Source: a virus (lineage: Duplodnaviria > Caudoviricetes). From it: a stretch of 33,226 nt of DNA. The notes beneath the pieces are model-generated. The model was given only the letters and a program-made list of their open reading frames with translations. It was not told the DNA's origin and did no database searches. Numbering within the stretch: the first letter of the stretch is position 1; each line of letters opens with the position of its first letter. A program made the translations under genes and the position numbers. The stretch is taken from the IMG/VR virus record IMGVR_UViG_3300048599_000182, positions 1-33,226 of that record. One strand, written 5' to 3'. Positions 7,020-16,763 of this stretch are shown piece after piece.

Positions 7020-7322
7020 ATGTGGTTGAAACTAATTCAGATCGTCGTTTTCTTCGCGGTGATCGCCAGCAACATCCAATATAATTGGACCCCAAACGGA
7101 TATTTGGTGGCGTGTCTCGGCTTTATCGCCGCCCTCCTAACAACCGTTTTTCTTCTATGGCTTGTCGATCGCTTTACGGCGTTGCGACTGAAGCTCCAGG
7201 CCGCCGAGCCCGAGCCCGGCGAACGCTGGATTGGTGGATGGGAGCGGCTTCGGCCCCGCGAGCCCGAGCGGCGAGCGCATCGCAATCATCCGGTCAAGCT
7301 CGGATATCGCCCGCGCCGTTGA
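7020..7322 (+). CDS. Accessory membrane protein with two TM segments
   Basis: Two hydrophobic segments; its 3' end overlaps the convergent ejection gene. Confidence 0.6.
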   Translation: MWLKLIQIVVFFAVIASNIQYNWTPNGYLVACLGFIAALLTTVFLLWLVDRFTALRLKLQAAEPEPGERWIGGWERLRPREPERRAHRNHPVKLGYRPRR

Positions 7323-8753
7323 CGCGTCCGCGACCTTCTTTGCTGCGTAACCGGCAACCGGCAGCGCCAGAGAAGCGCCGCTTGTCGCTGGGGCGGCCGC
7401 AGCGCTCCCGGCAATGATGCCGGCGCCATGCATGCCTTGGGTCGAGAGGATTTTGCTGATGAAGCGCGCCATGTTGCCGGTGAAGGTGCCCTTCACGACT
7501 TTTTCCATCTGCTCAATTTCTTCTGTGGAAAACCCGCGTCGCTTGGCCGGACTGAGTAGGATCGATTTGAGCGCTTGACGGGTGGCGTTGTTGACGTTCC
7601 CGCCGGAATTGGCCGAGGCTGCGTTCAATTCAGCTCGATATTCCGCGTCATTGATGCGCTCAAGGCGTGACTTTGCAGCCCAATTGTCGCGGGCCTCTTT
7701 CAGGATAGTCGCCGCGCTCTTGGCGTCGCCCGCAGCCACATCGAATGGCTTGAGGTTTGCCAGATAGTCATCAATCGCCCGGACGGCCTTGTTGGCCGCC
7801 TTCTGCTCGACCGGATTAGAGAAATTGCCGGCCACCTTGCCGAGCGCGGTACGCACGCTCTGGATATCAGCCACCTTAGCCGTGGTCCCGATCTGGTTTT
7901 TGAGTTCCTGAACAAGGGCGAAGGTCTGTGGCGCAGTCACCTGGCGATAGCCGCCCTGATTGAGCGCGTGCGTGATTTTCCCGGCGGTATAATGCGTCGA
8001 TGACGGGTGCAATTCCAGACCAGCGACTGCCGGATGATTGTAGGACGCCTTCGCTGCCGCCTCTAATTGCTCGACAGTAGGCGCTGCTACAGCTCGCGGC
8101 GCCATGGCCCGAGCCGCCCCAGCGCCGCCGGCAACCGCCCCGGCGACGCGCGCGAAGGGCTCCAGCGCCGTGTTCTTGGTGAGGGCGCCCGCCCCTTCAC
8201 TTCCAAGCGCTGGGACCACAACCCGCGTAATGGCCTTTGTTGCAAGCCTCCCCGGCCCACCGGCTAGCGCGGGCGCAAACTCCCCCATGGTTTGGGCGAC
8301 GTGCCCGGCTGCCGTCTTTGGCTCGTAAAATTCGCCCGTAACGCCCTCGATCCCGGATTGGATATCCCGCGACGTCGGAGCGTGGTTGAGGGCAGCCAGC
8401 GGAGGAAGCATGCTGGCGGCAGTCGAGGCCGCGGTTTTGATGCCGGACGGATCAAAGCCGAACTTCTCGCCGAGCGCGTCCAGTCCGGCCGAGGCCGCCG
8501 CGCGCAGATCTCCGCCCGCGCCAACCGCTCCGATCGCTCCCTTTACTGTCCCGATGCCGGCCGACTTCGCGACGTCGCCGAGCGTCGAAACATTCTGCGC
8601 GTCGTAGGCCGCGCGCAGATCGGCGTCCGACATCTTCGATAGATCGGGACCGCCATCGATATAGATGCGCTTGACGTCGGTCGGGATCGCGCTGGCGGGC
8701 GCCGCATACAGCGCCTGCAGATCGGTGTCGGAGAGCTTCGAAAGATCGGTCAC
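7155..8753 (-). CDS. Putative DNA ejection/internal virion protein (third)
   Basis: Ala/Gly-rich 532 aa at the podoviral ejection-gene position; duplicated DLSKxSDxDL N-terminal motif. Confidence 0.65.
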   Translation of the reverse strand: MTDLSKLSDTDLQALYAAPASAIPTDVKRIYIDGGPDLSKMSDADLRAAYDAQNVSTLGDVAKSAGIGTVKGAIGAVGAGGDLRAAASAGLDALGEKFGFDPSGIKTAASTAASMLPPLAALNHAPTSRDIQSGIEGVTGEFYEPKTAAGHVAQTMGEFAPALAGGPGRLATKAITRVVVPALGSEGAGALTKNTALEPFARVAGAVAGGAGAARAMAPRAVAAPTVEQLEAAAKASYNHPAVAGLELHPSSTHYTAGKITHALNQGGYRQVTAPQTFALVQELKNQIGTTAKVADIQSVRTALGKVAGNFSNPVEQKAANKAVRAIDDYLANLKPFDVAAGDAKSAATILKEARDNWAAKSRLERINDAEYRAELNAASANSGGNVNNATRQALKSILLSPAKRRGFSTEEIEQMEKVVKGTFTGNMARFISKILSTQGMHGAGIIAGSAAAAPATSGASLALPVAGYAAKKVADASTARAISELDRMIAMRSPLGLAGPKPLPSTNPAFAGLGLGGLELQSQRRKAIDKP

Positions 8754-10081
8754 TTCAATAGTCCTCGCCGCTTCATTTCGGCTTCAATCGCCGAACGATC
8801 CGGCACCGCCGGGATCGGCGTCACGTCAGCGGGCGACACCGGCGGTGCCTCTGGCGTCGTCACCGGAGCGGCCTTCCCGCCTTGCGCCTTGTAGAAGGTG
8901 CCGCCGCGCAACTCGTTGGCACGCTGCTCGTTGAATTTGAGCCGGGCCTCGGCGAGCGCGATGGCGCGGTCATAGATCTTCTGCCGCACGGTATCCGGCT
9001 GACTGGAAGAGCCCTGAATTTGCAGCAATATGGCGCGCTCGCCCTCGGTCGGCGCGCCGCCGAATATCGCCTTCAGCTGGCTTAGGGCGTTGGTCATTAC
9101 GGTATTGTCGAGTTCCACCGTAGCTTCCGAAGCATCATTTCCGAACATCGCGCCAACCGACGCAAGTTTGCCCGCCCCAGTGAAACCCAGCGCCTTTGGC
9201 GATAGTTCCTTGGCCTTCCTCAGTGCCGAAATCGCGGAATTCGCGGACAGCACACCTTCGTCAGCCTCAAGGATGGCCTTCTTGTCGGTGGCCGAAAGCG
9301 GCTGCGCGTCCTCGCGCGGCATTTTTCCGGTGAGAAGATAGCCCTGATACGCCGGGTGATCGGGTTTCAGGCCGATTGCCTCAGCTGCGGCCCTACGCTG
9401 CTCGACCTGGGTCTGCACGTTGGTTGCCTTGTCGGCAGGCTCATACGCGCGCTCAACCTTCTTCGTCTGCGGGTTCCATATGTACCCCTCGCCGAGCGAG
9501 GTAGGGGCTTTCGGTTCGCCGTAGGCTTGCGCGAAAAGCGCCTTCATAAGGTCGGGGTTGCCTCGCGCAGCGGCGATGGCCGCCGGATCAATGTTCTTGG
9601 CAAGCAAGGCCCTTTCGTTTGCGGTCTGTGCGCTCTGCACGGAGGGTTGCCCGGTCGCAAACCCGGAAATGCCGTTGATCAGGCTCGGGATAAGCCCACT
9701 CGATTGCTGGACGTTGGAAAGGCCGGCCGAGAGCCGATCGCCGAGGCCAGGCGAAGGCGCGGCAGCAGCGGGCGCCGACTGTGGCGCGGGAGACATTAGC
9801 GCAGGCTTCGGCGGCACCGCCGCATTCGCGCTCGACGGCGCGCCGACAGGTCCGGCAGGCCATTGCGCGGTGTCCAGCGGGCTCGGCTGGTTGGCGCCTG
9901 CGATCTGCGGAGGCGACTGCGCCGGCGCAAACGACATCGGGGCCGTGCGGCCATAGTCGGCAGTGTCAGACGGCAGGCCAGACGGCATCGCCTGGTTGAG
10001 CGCGCTGGCGCGCAACAGGTCGAGAAGCCCCTGCTGCTGCCCGCCGCCCTGTCCCGTCAAAAGGTCGAGAATGCCCGCCAT
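8750..10081 (-). CDS. Putative DNA ejection/internal virion protein (second)
   Basis: MAGILD start, Pro/Ala-rich N-half, helical C-half with FGGAPTEGER; synteny. Confidence 0.65.
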   Translation of the reverse strand: MAGILDLLTGQGGGQQQGLLDLLRASALNQAMPSGLPSDTADYGRTAPMSFAPAQSPPQIAGANQPSPLDTAQWPAGPVGAPSSANAAVPPKPALMSPAPQSAPAAAAPSPGLGDRLSAGLSNVQQSSGLIPSLINGISGFATGQPSVQSAQTANERALLAKNIDPAAIAAARGNPDLMKALFAQAYGEPKAPTSLGEGYIWNPQTKKVERAYEPADKATNVQTQVEQRRAAAEAIGLKPDHPAYQGYLLTGKMPREDAQPLSATDKKAILEADEGVLSANSAISALRKAKELSPKALGFTGAGKLASVGAMFGNDASEATVELDNTVMTNALSQLKAIFGGAPTEGERAILLQIQGSSSQPDTVRQKIYDRAIALAEARLKFNEQRANELRGGTFYKAQGGKAAPVTTPEAPPVSPADVTPIPAVPDRSAIEAEMKRRGLLK

Positions 10082-10975
10082 TTAGGTTGCCCCGAAAAGA
10101 AGTTTGCCAGCGTTTCCGACCGCCGAATTCTGACCGCCGAACAGCGAACCGAAACCCTGCGCGAGCATTGCAAACTGCTGCGCGCCAGACATCTGCTGCG
10201 TCCCCTCAGACTTCCCGGATTGAGTGCCGAACTGCGCCGCGATTGGCGCAATAGATCCGAGCAACGTCTGATACTGGCTTGCCGGGATGCCGAATTTTGC
10301 CGCTTCGGCCGCGAGCGCGGCGTTCGCGCCGTAATTGCTGGCATCGATCGCCTGCCCTGCCGTGCCAACGCCATTGGTGAAATTCTGGTTCGCCTGCGCC
10401 TGGTTCTGGTTCAACATCCCGTAGGTGGTGTTTCCAGCGCCATAGAGCGAGCTTGCCGCGCTCAAGGCGCGATCGGCGTCCGTGTTGTACTGAGCCGCGA
10501 TCACCGGAGCGACGCCAGAGGCGATGCCGCGCGATAGCGCCTGCACGTTGCCCGGCGAGCCATCGCGACCGGCCGCCGCCCAGGCGCCGTTGACCTGGTT
10601 GGTTACGTCGGACGTGATTTGGTCGAGCTGCGCTTTCAGCGCCGGATTGTTGCCGATGTTCGCCCCGCTGGCGGTCGAGGAAAGCAATCCCTTGTAGTCG
10701 GCAAGGTTCTGCTTGATCCCGGCATCGTTTGCGGTCGCGCCGCCGCCATTGAGCAGGCCGAGCGTTCCCGACGTAATCGCCGGCGAGAACTGGCCGCCCA
10801 CCGTGGAGGCGTTCTTTTCGATCGTGTCCAGCGCGTTCGAAGCCTTGCCGCTCAAGCCGGCCTGCGGAACAAGGTTCGACAGCCCGCCGAGAATGCCGGT
10901 CAGCGCACCTGACGCCGGATCATACGGCGCGAGGCTCTGCGTCTGCGTTTGCGTGGTTTTGGAGGTTCCGCCCAC
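10082..10975 (-). CDS. Putative DNA ejection/internal virion protein (first)
   Basis: GTG start overlapping the upstream TAG; GGTSKTTQTQ N-terminus; Gly/Ala/Gln-rich. Confidence 0.65.
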   Translation of the reverse strand: MGGTSKTTQTQTQSLAPYDPASGALTGILGGLSNLVPQAGLSGKASNALDTIEKNASTVGGQFSPAITSGTLGLLNGGGATANDAGIKQNLADYKGLLSSTASGANIGNNPALKAQLDQITSDVTNQVNGAWAAAGRDGSPGNVQALSRGIASGVAPVIAAQYNTDADRALSAASSLYGAGNTTYGMLNQNQAQANQNFTNGVGTAGQAIDASNYGANAALAAEAAKFGIPASQYQTLLGSIAPIAAQFGTQSGKSEGTQQMSGAQQFAMLAQGFGSLFGGQNSAVGNAGKLLFGAT

Positions 10976-11397
10976 TATAGAGCCCTTTCGAGAACGACGT
11001 TCCTTGCCTGGTAGTTTTTCAGGACGCGAAGCCAGCCCTTGCGACCGAACAGCCTGATTTTCGCTGCACCTTCCGCCTTGGCCCATCGCTCGATTGCGGC
11101 CAGATGGTTGAGCCACCGCGACATATTCGAGCCGCCGCAAGCGGTGATCATGCAAACCAAGTTGCGATCGGTCCGAACCAGCTTGGCCACCATCGCCGCG
11201 TCGATCTCGGCGACGGGCGATCCGGGCGAAGCCGCTACCCACAACACCGCTTCGCCGCCCAAAACGTCGCGCTCAAGGTCCTCGGTATGGCTCAGATCGG
11301 TGCGAAGGTAGGCCGCGCGCAGCCTATCAGCGACCAGCGGCCACACTGCCGGGACGTCGTTCGGATGGACGCAGATCAGGCTAGCCGAGGCAGACAT
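10975..11397 (-). CDS. GNAT-like virion assembly protein
   Basis: VWP...CGG...IERWAKAEGA...GRKGWLRVL pattern at the position before the ejection genes. Confidence 0.65.
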   Translation of the reverse strand: MSASASLICVHPNDVPAVWPLVADRLRAAYLRTDLSHTEDLERDVLGGEAVLWVAASPGSPVAEIDAAMVAKLVRTDRNLVCMITACGGSNMSRWLNHLAAIERWAKAEGAAKIRLFGRKGWLRVLKNYQARNVVLERAL

Positions 11398-11695
11398 AGA
11401 AGAAACTTCGATCGGTTTGAGCGTTGTTCGCGTGGGATATCGTGAACGACTGTTTGCCAACCGAGTTAATGAACGTTGTGCCGGCGGCGAGCGCCGCGGC
11501 GGCATTGGCCGTTTTCGGGAACAGGAAAACGGCCGACTGCGGCGCGCAGTTCGGGGCACTCACCACCGTTGACGTAGCACCGGCCGCGAGCGTCACCGAT
11601 CCGGCGGCGTTGGACCGGCCCGCCGCGAGCTGTTGCAGGCCCAGGGCATATTTCGACAGATCCTTTTCGGCGGTCGATGGGAGAAAGACGCTCAT
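11381..11695 (-). CDS. Small tail structural protein
   Basis: ATGA-coupled to the nozzle gene; beta-rich GSVTLAAGATSTVV...FTISHANNA. Confidence 0.65.
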   Translation of the reverse strand: MSVFLPSTAEKDLSKYALGLQQLAAGRSNAAGSVTLAAGATSTVVSAPNCAPQSAVFLFPKTANAAAALAAGTTFINSVGKQSFTISHANNAQTDRSFFYVCLG

Positions 11696-13173
11696 CGCTT
11701 CCCCGTCGCCTTGAGGTCCGCCGGCTCTACGCCGTTGATGAACGTCCAACTCGAGCCAGCCGGAATTCGGCACTTGAAGCGGCTGTAGCGGGTGTCGACC
11801 AGCATATTGCAGATGCCGGTTTTGACGTTGACCAGCCGCTCGACGCCATCGGCGGCCGGCGATTGAAGGTTTTCCCGCCGCGAAGCCGAGCCATAGATTG
11901 CCGTCGCATCCGAGACCGGCCGGAAGCCGACCTTCATTTTGATGCGGCGACCGTCCGTCCCCTGCTCTGCGGTTTGAAGCGTCGCTTCCAGGTTCGGCCC
12001 GCGAAAGAAGTTCAGCGCGTGCACGCCGTCGAACGCCGCCAGTTCCGGGACAATCGCCGACTGGAAGCTGTCAAAGGACTGTGTTTGGACGTCGATATCC
12101 GTCCCGATCAGGGTGTCCAGCCCTTCCAGGGTGACGCCGGGCTGCGCCATGTTGAAAGCAAACTCACCCGAGATTTTCAGCGGCGTGAAGCGGTCAAGGA
12201 CCGGGTCGTAGCAAAGCGCCTTGTCGAACTGGTTTACCGCTCCATTCACCGACTTGTAGAGCCACAGGACGCGCGACGATCGCGGATCGGCGACACCGAG
12301 GAAGAGTTGCGGGTTTGCCGCGTCCAGATCGGCAAAGAACGTCCGGTCGACGCGCTCGCGGCCGATCGGCACCGGCACGCCACCGGGGTCAATCTTGTGA
12401 AACCCCTTGAGCGAGTAAAAAAACACCGTCGCGCCCGAGCGGATCAGGCTATATGGCCCGTACATGCCGAGCCCTTCGGAGATTTTCTCGATTTGGAACA
12501 CGCGCGGGTCGCCGGGCAGGAAGATCATGCGCCGGATGATGGTGTCTTGCAGCACCACGCCGGTTTCACCGCCGGCGATGCCGCGGCAGAACCCGCCGTC
12601 GACAAGATCCTGCTCGTCACTCGAATTGATCCCGGCCGTCCAGGAGTTCGCCCCGTTGACATCGTTCAGGCCGGACCATTTGACCCGGTTCGGATTGGTG
12701 AGAAGCCCGGTCAGAACGACGAATTTCCCGACGATGCCGATATAGCGGGCCTGCGGCGGACTTCCGGCGAGGTCAGCGAATTCGGTCCCGGTCGCGATAT
12801 CGAACACCTGTGGCGCGACGTTCGCCTGCACCGCGATAACCAGGTTGTTGAACTGGACGAATTGCCACTGGTCGGAATTCGTGACCGCGGCATAGGGGCC
12901 GCCGGCTTTCGAGACCTTCGACCACGCGAACGTCGTGTTGTTGAGCAGATAGAGTTCCGTCGCCGAGGCTGCAAAAACGACCACGGACCCGTCGACCTTG
13001 TAGGCCGCGAAGGCACCACGGCACTGCGCGCCGATGGCCTGCGAGATAGCGGCCAGGCTCTTGAACGGCCCGTAACCGTCGCCGCGCGGGACCACATTCA
13101 GGACATTTTGGCTCGTGCTGGCCTGATAGTCGGACAGATCGGGCTTGTACTCCGGAAAGGGGATGATGCCCAT
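11692..13173 (-). CDS. Tail nozzle / packaged-DNA stabilisation protein (beta-propeller type)
   Basis: About 493 aa, beta-rich, with VKWSGLND; follows the adaptor via a TAATG overlap. Confidence 0.75.
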   Translation of the reverse strand: MGIIPFPEYKPDLSDYQASTSQNVLNVVPRGDGYGPFKSLAAISQAIGAQCRGAFAAYKVDGSVVVFAASATELYLLNNTTFAWSKVSKAGGPYAAVTNSDQWQFVQFNNLVIAVQANVAPQVFDIATGTEFADLAGSPPQARYIGIVGKFVVLTGLLTNPNRVKWSGLNDVNGANSWTAGINSSDEQDLVDGGFCRGIAGGETGVVLQDTIIRRMIFLPGDPRVFQIEKISEGLGMYGPYSLIRSGATVFFYSLKGFHKIDPGGVPVPIGRERVDRTFFADLDAANPQLFLGVADPRSSRVLWLYKSVNGAVNQFDKALCYDPVLDRFTPLKISGEFAFNMAQPGVTLEGLDTLIGTDIDVQTQSFDSFQSAIVPELAAFDGVHALNFFRGPNLEATLQTAEQGTDGRRIKMKVGFRPVSDATAIYGSASRRENLQSPAADGVERLVNVKTGICNMLVDTRYSRFKCRIPAGSSWTFINGVEPADLKATGKR

Positions 13174-13805
13174 TACCAGCACGTCCCGCGAATTTGCCCC
13201 GTCGCCTGCCGCGCCGACGTCTTATAGGCGAGCCGATCGGCGAGCGGCTGGATTTGGAGCTGCATGCGCTGCATGCCCTCCGTATCTTCCAGAACGTTGG
13301 TGTAGAGCAGCAGCTTGGCATGGCAGCGGATGAGCTGTTCCGCGTCGGTGCACCAAGCATTCGTATCGTTGTCATCCACCAGCGGGGCAAGCTTGTAGTG
13401 CATGTGAGGACGCATGGTGTAGACCGCGATCGGGACCGGCCAGAGCAGAATTTGGCTGTCTACATAGGTGTAAGCGCACGGCCGGCCGGAGCCCGTCATC
13501 GAGCTTTGCAGCCACTCGAATTGGTCGATTTCGTACTTTTCGAGTTCGAGCGAGCGCGTTCCGTCGTACAGAAACAGCGTATCCAGCCCGATAATGTCCG
13601 GGATCTCTGCCATAGCGGCGACGCCATAGGCCATTTGCCCGGGAACGGTCGGAAACGTCTTGGAGCGGGTGACGTTGAAGTAAAACCGCGACGTCTCGTA
13701 ATGATCAATCGCGTTTCCGACCGCGTTTTTTATTTCGTCGGTCAGGTCGGTTCGCGTCAGATCGCTCGCGATTTGGTTTCGGAGGTCGAGGAACGTCTTT
13801 GGCAT
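13173..13805 (-). CDS. Head-to-tail adaptor protein
   Basis: TFLDLRNQIA start, GRPCAY, LLWPVP and DTNAW motifs; synteny. Confidence 0.75.
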   Translation of the reverse strand: MPKTFLDLRNQIASDLTRTDLTDEIKNAVGNAIDHYETSRFYFNVTRSKTFPTVPGQMAYGVAAMAEIPDIIGLDTLFLYDGTRSLELEKYEIDQFEWLQSSMTGSGRPCAYTYVDSQILLWPVPIAVYTMRPHMHYKLAPLVDDNDTNAWCTDAEQLIRCHAKLLLYTNVLEDTEGMQRMQLQIQPLADRLAYKTSARQATGQIRGTCW

Positions 13806-13929
13806 CTTCCACCGTCACGGCTGGGGTAGCGAGCGCCAGCGCGGCTTGCGTCGCCAGCAGATGGACGGAGGGCGGCGCCGGTTGTTCAAGAACCAGCGCC
13901 GCCCCCGCGTAGTGCAGCCAGAAGTCCAC
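13705..13929 (-). CDS. Possible small protein with a basic C-terminus
   Basis: Fills the gap between 13936 and the adaptor, but overlaps the adaptor by 101 nt. Confidence 0.3.
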   Translation of the reverse strand: MDFWLHYAGAALVLEQPAPPSVHLLATQAALALATPAVTVEDAKDVPRPPKPNRERSDANRPDRRNKKRGRKRD

Positions 13930-13935
13930 CGGCCG

Positions 13936-14340
13936 TTACTGGCCGAGGTTCAGGTCATTGTCAGCGACGTACTCGATCACGACGTAAGCCGCGCCGGCAG
14001 TCGGCGCACCGACGAACGCCACCGCGGCCTGCACCTGAGTGTCGGCCGCCAGGGGCGCCAGTGCACCGGCCGAGAGCGTGCCGGCCGCGATACCAGCAGC
14101 CGTCTTGACGTCAGCGGCGTTGATCAATTCGGTGCCCGTGCCACCCACGAAGCCGACGCTGAGCGCCGCGGACGTGGCAGAGTTCCATTGCGTGGTTTTG
14201 TAGGCGTTGGCGCGGAGCACCAAGGCGCCGGCCGGCAACGTCTGCTTCTTGACCGCGACGGCGGTACCAGCGTCGCCGAAATTGACCTTGAAGCGCAGAT
14301 AGTGAACGAGCTGCAGCGCGTTTTTGCGAGCGAGACCCAT
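13936..14340 (-). CDS. Putative capsid decoration/cement protein
   Basis: Immediately after the MCP; LPAGALVL...GAAYVVIEY beta-rich pattern. Confidence 0.65.
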   Translation of the reverse strand: MGLARKNALQLVHYLRFKVNFGDAGTAVAVKKQTLPAGALVLRANAYKTTQWNSATSAALSVGFVGGTGTELINAADVKTAAGIAAGTLSAGALAPLAADTQVQAAVAFVGAPTAGAAYVVIEYVADNDLNLGQ

Positions 14341-14374
14341 CGTAATTGTGCCCTTTCAGAGCTTTGAGAGACTG

Positions 14375-14399
14375 CCGGCGAAGCTAGGCGCTTCGCCGG
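14375..14399. other. Perfect 10-bp hairpin downstream of the capsid gene, possibly for mRNA stabilisation or attenuation
   Basis: CCGGCGAAGC-TAGGC-GCTTCGCCGG with no U-tract. Confidence 0.45.
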
Positions 14400-14436
14400 A
14401 CTTATGCCGACCCAGGATGAACAGGAACCGGCGCGC

Positions 14437-15504
14437 TTAGGACGCGACGGCGTAAGTCGTGAAGGGGATCACCGCGAAGTCGTTTCCGTTGAAAACGCTC
14501 TTCTTGATGCCCCAGACCGTCTGCGCCGACACGCCAAGCTCGCGCTCGTAGTCGAACAACTCTTCCACCCACTTGAAGTGGGATCCGGCAGAGAACTCCT
14601 TGCCGAAGCCGACCGCCGCCGCCTGGGCGCCGCAGAGCACGCCGCGCCGCGTGCTGGTCTGATAGGCACCCGCGTTCGAAATGCCGTTCGGCAGACGGTT
14701 CCAGCGATGCAGGATGACATCGTTGTATTCGCCAAGGGCTTCCGAGTAGATCAGGCTTTCCTTGCCAGCACCGCCGGCAAGGGCCGCCTTCTGGATATCG
14801 AGCCACTGACCGGAATTGGTGTTGGTGCGCAGCGCGGTCACCTGGTAGTCGTGCAGGAACGCCAGATACTTTTTGCGACCTCCGACCTTCACCGGGCGGA
14901 TCATCGGCGACATGGTGCGAGCGCGCTCTACCAGGGCGTCAAGGAACTGCAGGTTCATGGTCTTGGTGTTGTCGCCATTGATGGTGGCGTCATCGGTCGC
15001 GCCGCCGGGCCGATAGATATTCGTCGGCGCGGTGACGGCGTTGTTGCCGGTGTAGCGGGGATCGGTCACCAGCGTATTGCCGGCCAGATGGTTCGCCATG
15101 CAGGTATCAAAACGGTTGGCGTACCAGTCCGTCAGGCCGTCCTTGCCCTCGTTGCGGAGATTGAACGGCACGCGCTGGGCGTCGATGGAGTTCTTGTTCT
15201 TGACCCGTACCGCATGCGACAGCTCGTTGATAACGAGCGCGTCGTTATAGGTGGTCAGATCCTCTTCGTTGCCCTGCTGGGTCTGGCCTTCGGTCACGCC
15301 GTCGCCATTGAGCTGGACGCGCAGGCCGATGGTAACCTTGTCGCCCGCGTTCTGGCTCAGCTCCGATTTCACCTGGATCATGTTCGAGGCACCCTCGCCC
15401 ATGAACTTGCCGAAATAGGTGTCTTTCAGAGCTTCGACGTTGAGCTTTTTCGCCCAAAGTTTGTTGGAAAGGGCGTGGTTCACGCCGTAGGTGGTCACAG
15501 ACAT
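14437..15504 (-). CDS. Major capsid protein (N4-gp56 / DUF4043 type)
   Basis: GDKVTIGL, GNEEDL, HDYQVTALR and LCGAQA...W.EE.FDY motifs; GGAGG RBS. Confidence 0.9.
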   Translation of the reverse strand: MSVTTYGVNHALSNKLWAKKLNVEALKDTYFGKFMGEGASNMIQVKSELSQNAGDKVTIGLRVQLNGDGVTEGQTQQGNEEDLTTYNDALVINELSHAVRVKNKNSIDAQRVPFNLRNEGKDGLTDWYANRFDTCMANHLAGNTLVTDPRYTGNNAVTAPTNIYRPGGATDDATINGDNTKTMNLQFLDALVERARTMSPMIRPVKVGGRKKYLAFLHDYQVTALRTNTNSGQWLDIQKAALAGGAGKESLIYSEALGEYNDVILHRWNRLPNGISNAGAYQTSTRRGVLCGAQAAAVGFGKEFSAGSHFKWVEELFDYERELGVSAQTVWGIKKSVFNGNDFAVIPFTTYAVAS

Positions 15505-15675
15505 CTCTTGATGCCTCCAAAGGTGAAAATCGGGTGCTGTGGGTTGACCGCGAACCGCTGCGATCGAGCGCAACACCGAGATTTTCCGCCTTCGGTGGAG
15601 GCGTGGCGCGGTGACGGGCGCCAGACGAAAACGGGATTGAGGCTCCCGCGGGCCTTACTCACTTACGAGCGGCGA

Positions 15676-16659
15676 TTAGCCGCCGAATAGTCGCTTCGCC
15701 TTGGCCGGGTTCTTGTTGCACCAAGCCTCGAACTCATCCGCCGGCATGGCAATGAGGGCTTCCGCCGTCATGTCCTGATCGCCCGAGCTTCCGCCCGTAT
15801 TGGACAGGCTCTTGTGTTCTGCCTGCCCGCGCTCGATCCTTGCCAGCTTCTCGGCCGCCGCTTCCTCTTCCGCTCCGGGCTTTGGAGCAGCCGCCGACGC
15901 CTTCTTATAACCCCGCTGATTTGCCAGATCGTAAAGCATCTGGGCGGGACTCTTGCCGCGCTGGAACGCCATCTGGGCGATGGCGAATTCATCGGCAATC
16001 AACGCCTGATGTAACGTTTCAGGCGTATCGTAGCCGATCGCCTTCAATTCCGCGGCGCGCGAGTTCAGGAGAAAATCGTATGCCGCCTTGAAATCGGTCG
16101 TGGTCTTGGCAAATTCATCGCAAGCCTTTGTGTAGTTATCCACAAAAGTCTTTTGCTCGGCCGCGGCCTTATCGGCGGTTTCCATCGCCGCCTTTTCGTC
16201 CTCGACGCGCTTCTGCATCTGGGCGACGGTTTCGCCGATATGCTTGACCGCGCCGAAAATGTCATCCTCAACGGACGGAGGCGCAGCCGGCGCCTGCGGA
16301 TCAGCCTCGCCGCCGAGCTTGAGTTTGTCGATGATGGAGAACTTGCCGCGCAGCTCGGCGAGCGCCTTTTCCGTTTCCTGATACTTCGTGGCCAGCTCTT
16401 TGCGGGCCTTCTTCTCTTCCAGGAAGGTTGCGAGCGGGACGTGATCGTTCTTCGGGGTGCCGGTGTCAGGCTGCTTGCCCGAACCATCGCCGGATTTTGC
16501 CGCGCCGGCGTCGCCTTCGCCAGTTGATCCGCCGGCATCTGCGCCAGCGGCGTCCGCCGGAATTTCCTTTTCGCCGCCGCTTGAGAAAAAAGCTTCTTCG
16601 TCCGCCGAGAGTGACGGGCCGCCATTATCGACGGGAGCCGATCCATCGTTGAGGGTCAT
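15676..16659 (-). CDS. Scaffolding protein
   Basis: Acidic flexible N-terminus, VPLATFLEEKKARK coiled coil, C-terminal LIAMPADEF; precedes the MCP. Confidence 0.75.
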   Translation of the reverse strand: MTLNDGSAPVDNGGPSLSADEEAFFSSGGEKEIPADAAGADAGGSTGEGDAGAAKSGDGSGKQPDTGTPKNDHVPLATFLEEKKARKELATKYQETEKALAELRGKFSIIDKLKLGGEADPQAPAAPPSVEDDIFGAVKHIGETVAQMQKRVEDEKAAMETADKAAAEQKTFVDNYTKACDEFAKTTTDFKAAYDFLLNSRAAELKAIGYDTPETLHQALIADEFAIAQMAFQRGKSPAQMLYDLANQRGYKKASAAAPKPGAEEEAAAEKLARIERGQAEHKSLSNTGGSSGDQDMTAEALIAMPADEFEAWCNKNPAKAKRLFGG

Positions 16660-16763
16660 CGTTGCTTGCCTTCCGCCGGCCCTGCCGGCTCAGAAAACGC
16701 GGGAACCGCCGCGCGCGGAAATCCGGCTGTGCCGGAATTGGTCCGCGTCCGGATTAACCGCAC

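Noticed and set aside
10976-11242. ORF-track N-terminal extensions (for example starts at 11242, 15576, 23232, 25242 and 28981)
   Set aside because: They overlap upstream genes; downstream starts with an RBS or stop-start coupling fit better.
13936-14460. Programmed frameshift or readthrough fusing the capsid to the next gene
   Set aside because: No slippery heptamer at the MCP end; the downstream gene has its own AAAGGG RBS.
11677-15690. Long + strand ORFs 11677-13227, 13194-13829 and 14404-15690
   Set aside because: They mirror the nozzle, adaptor and capsid genes on the opposite strand and have no recognisable domains.
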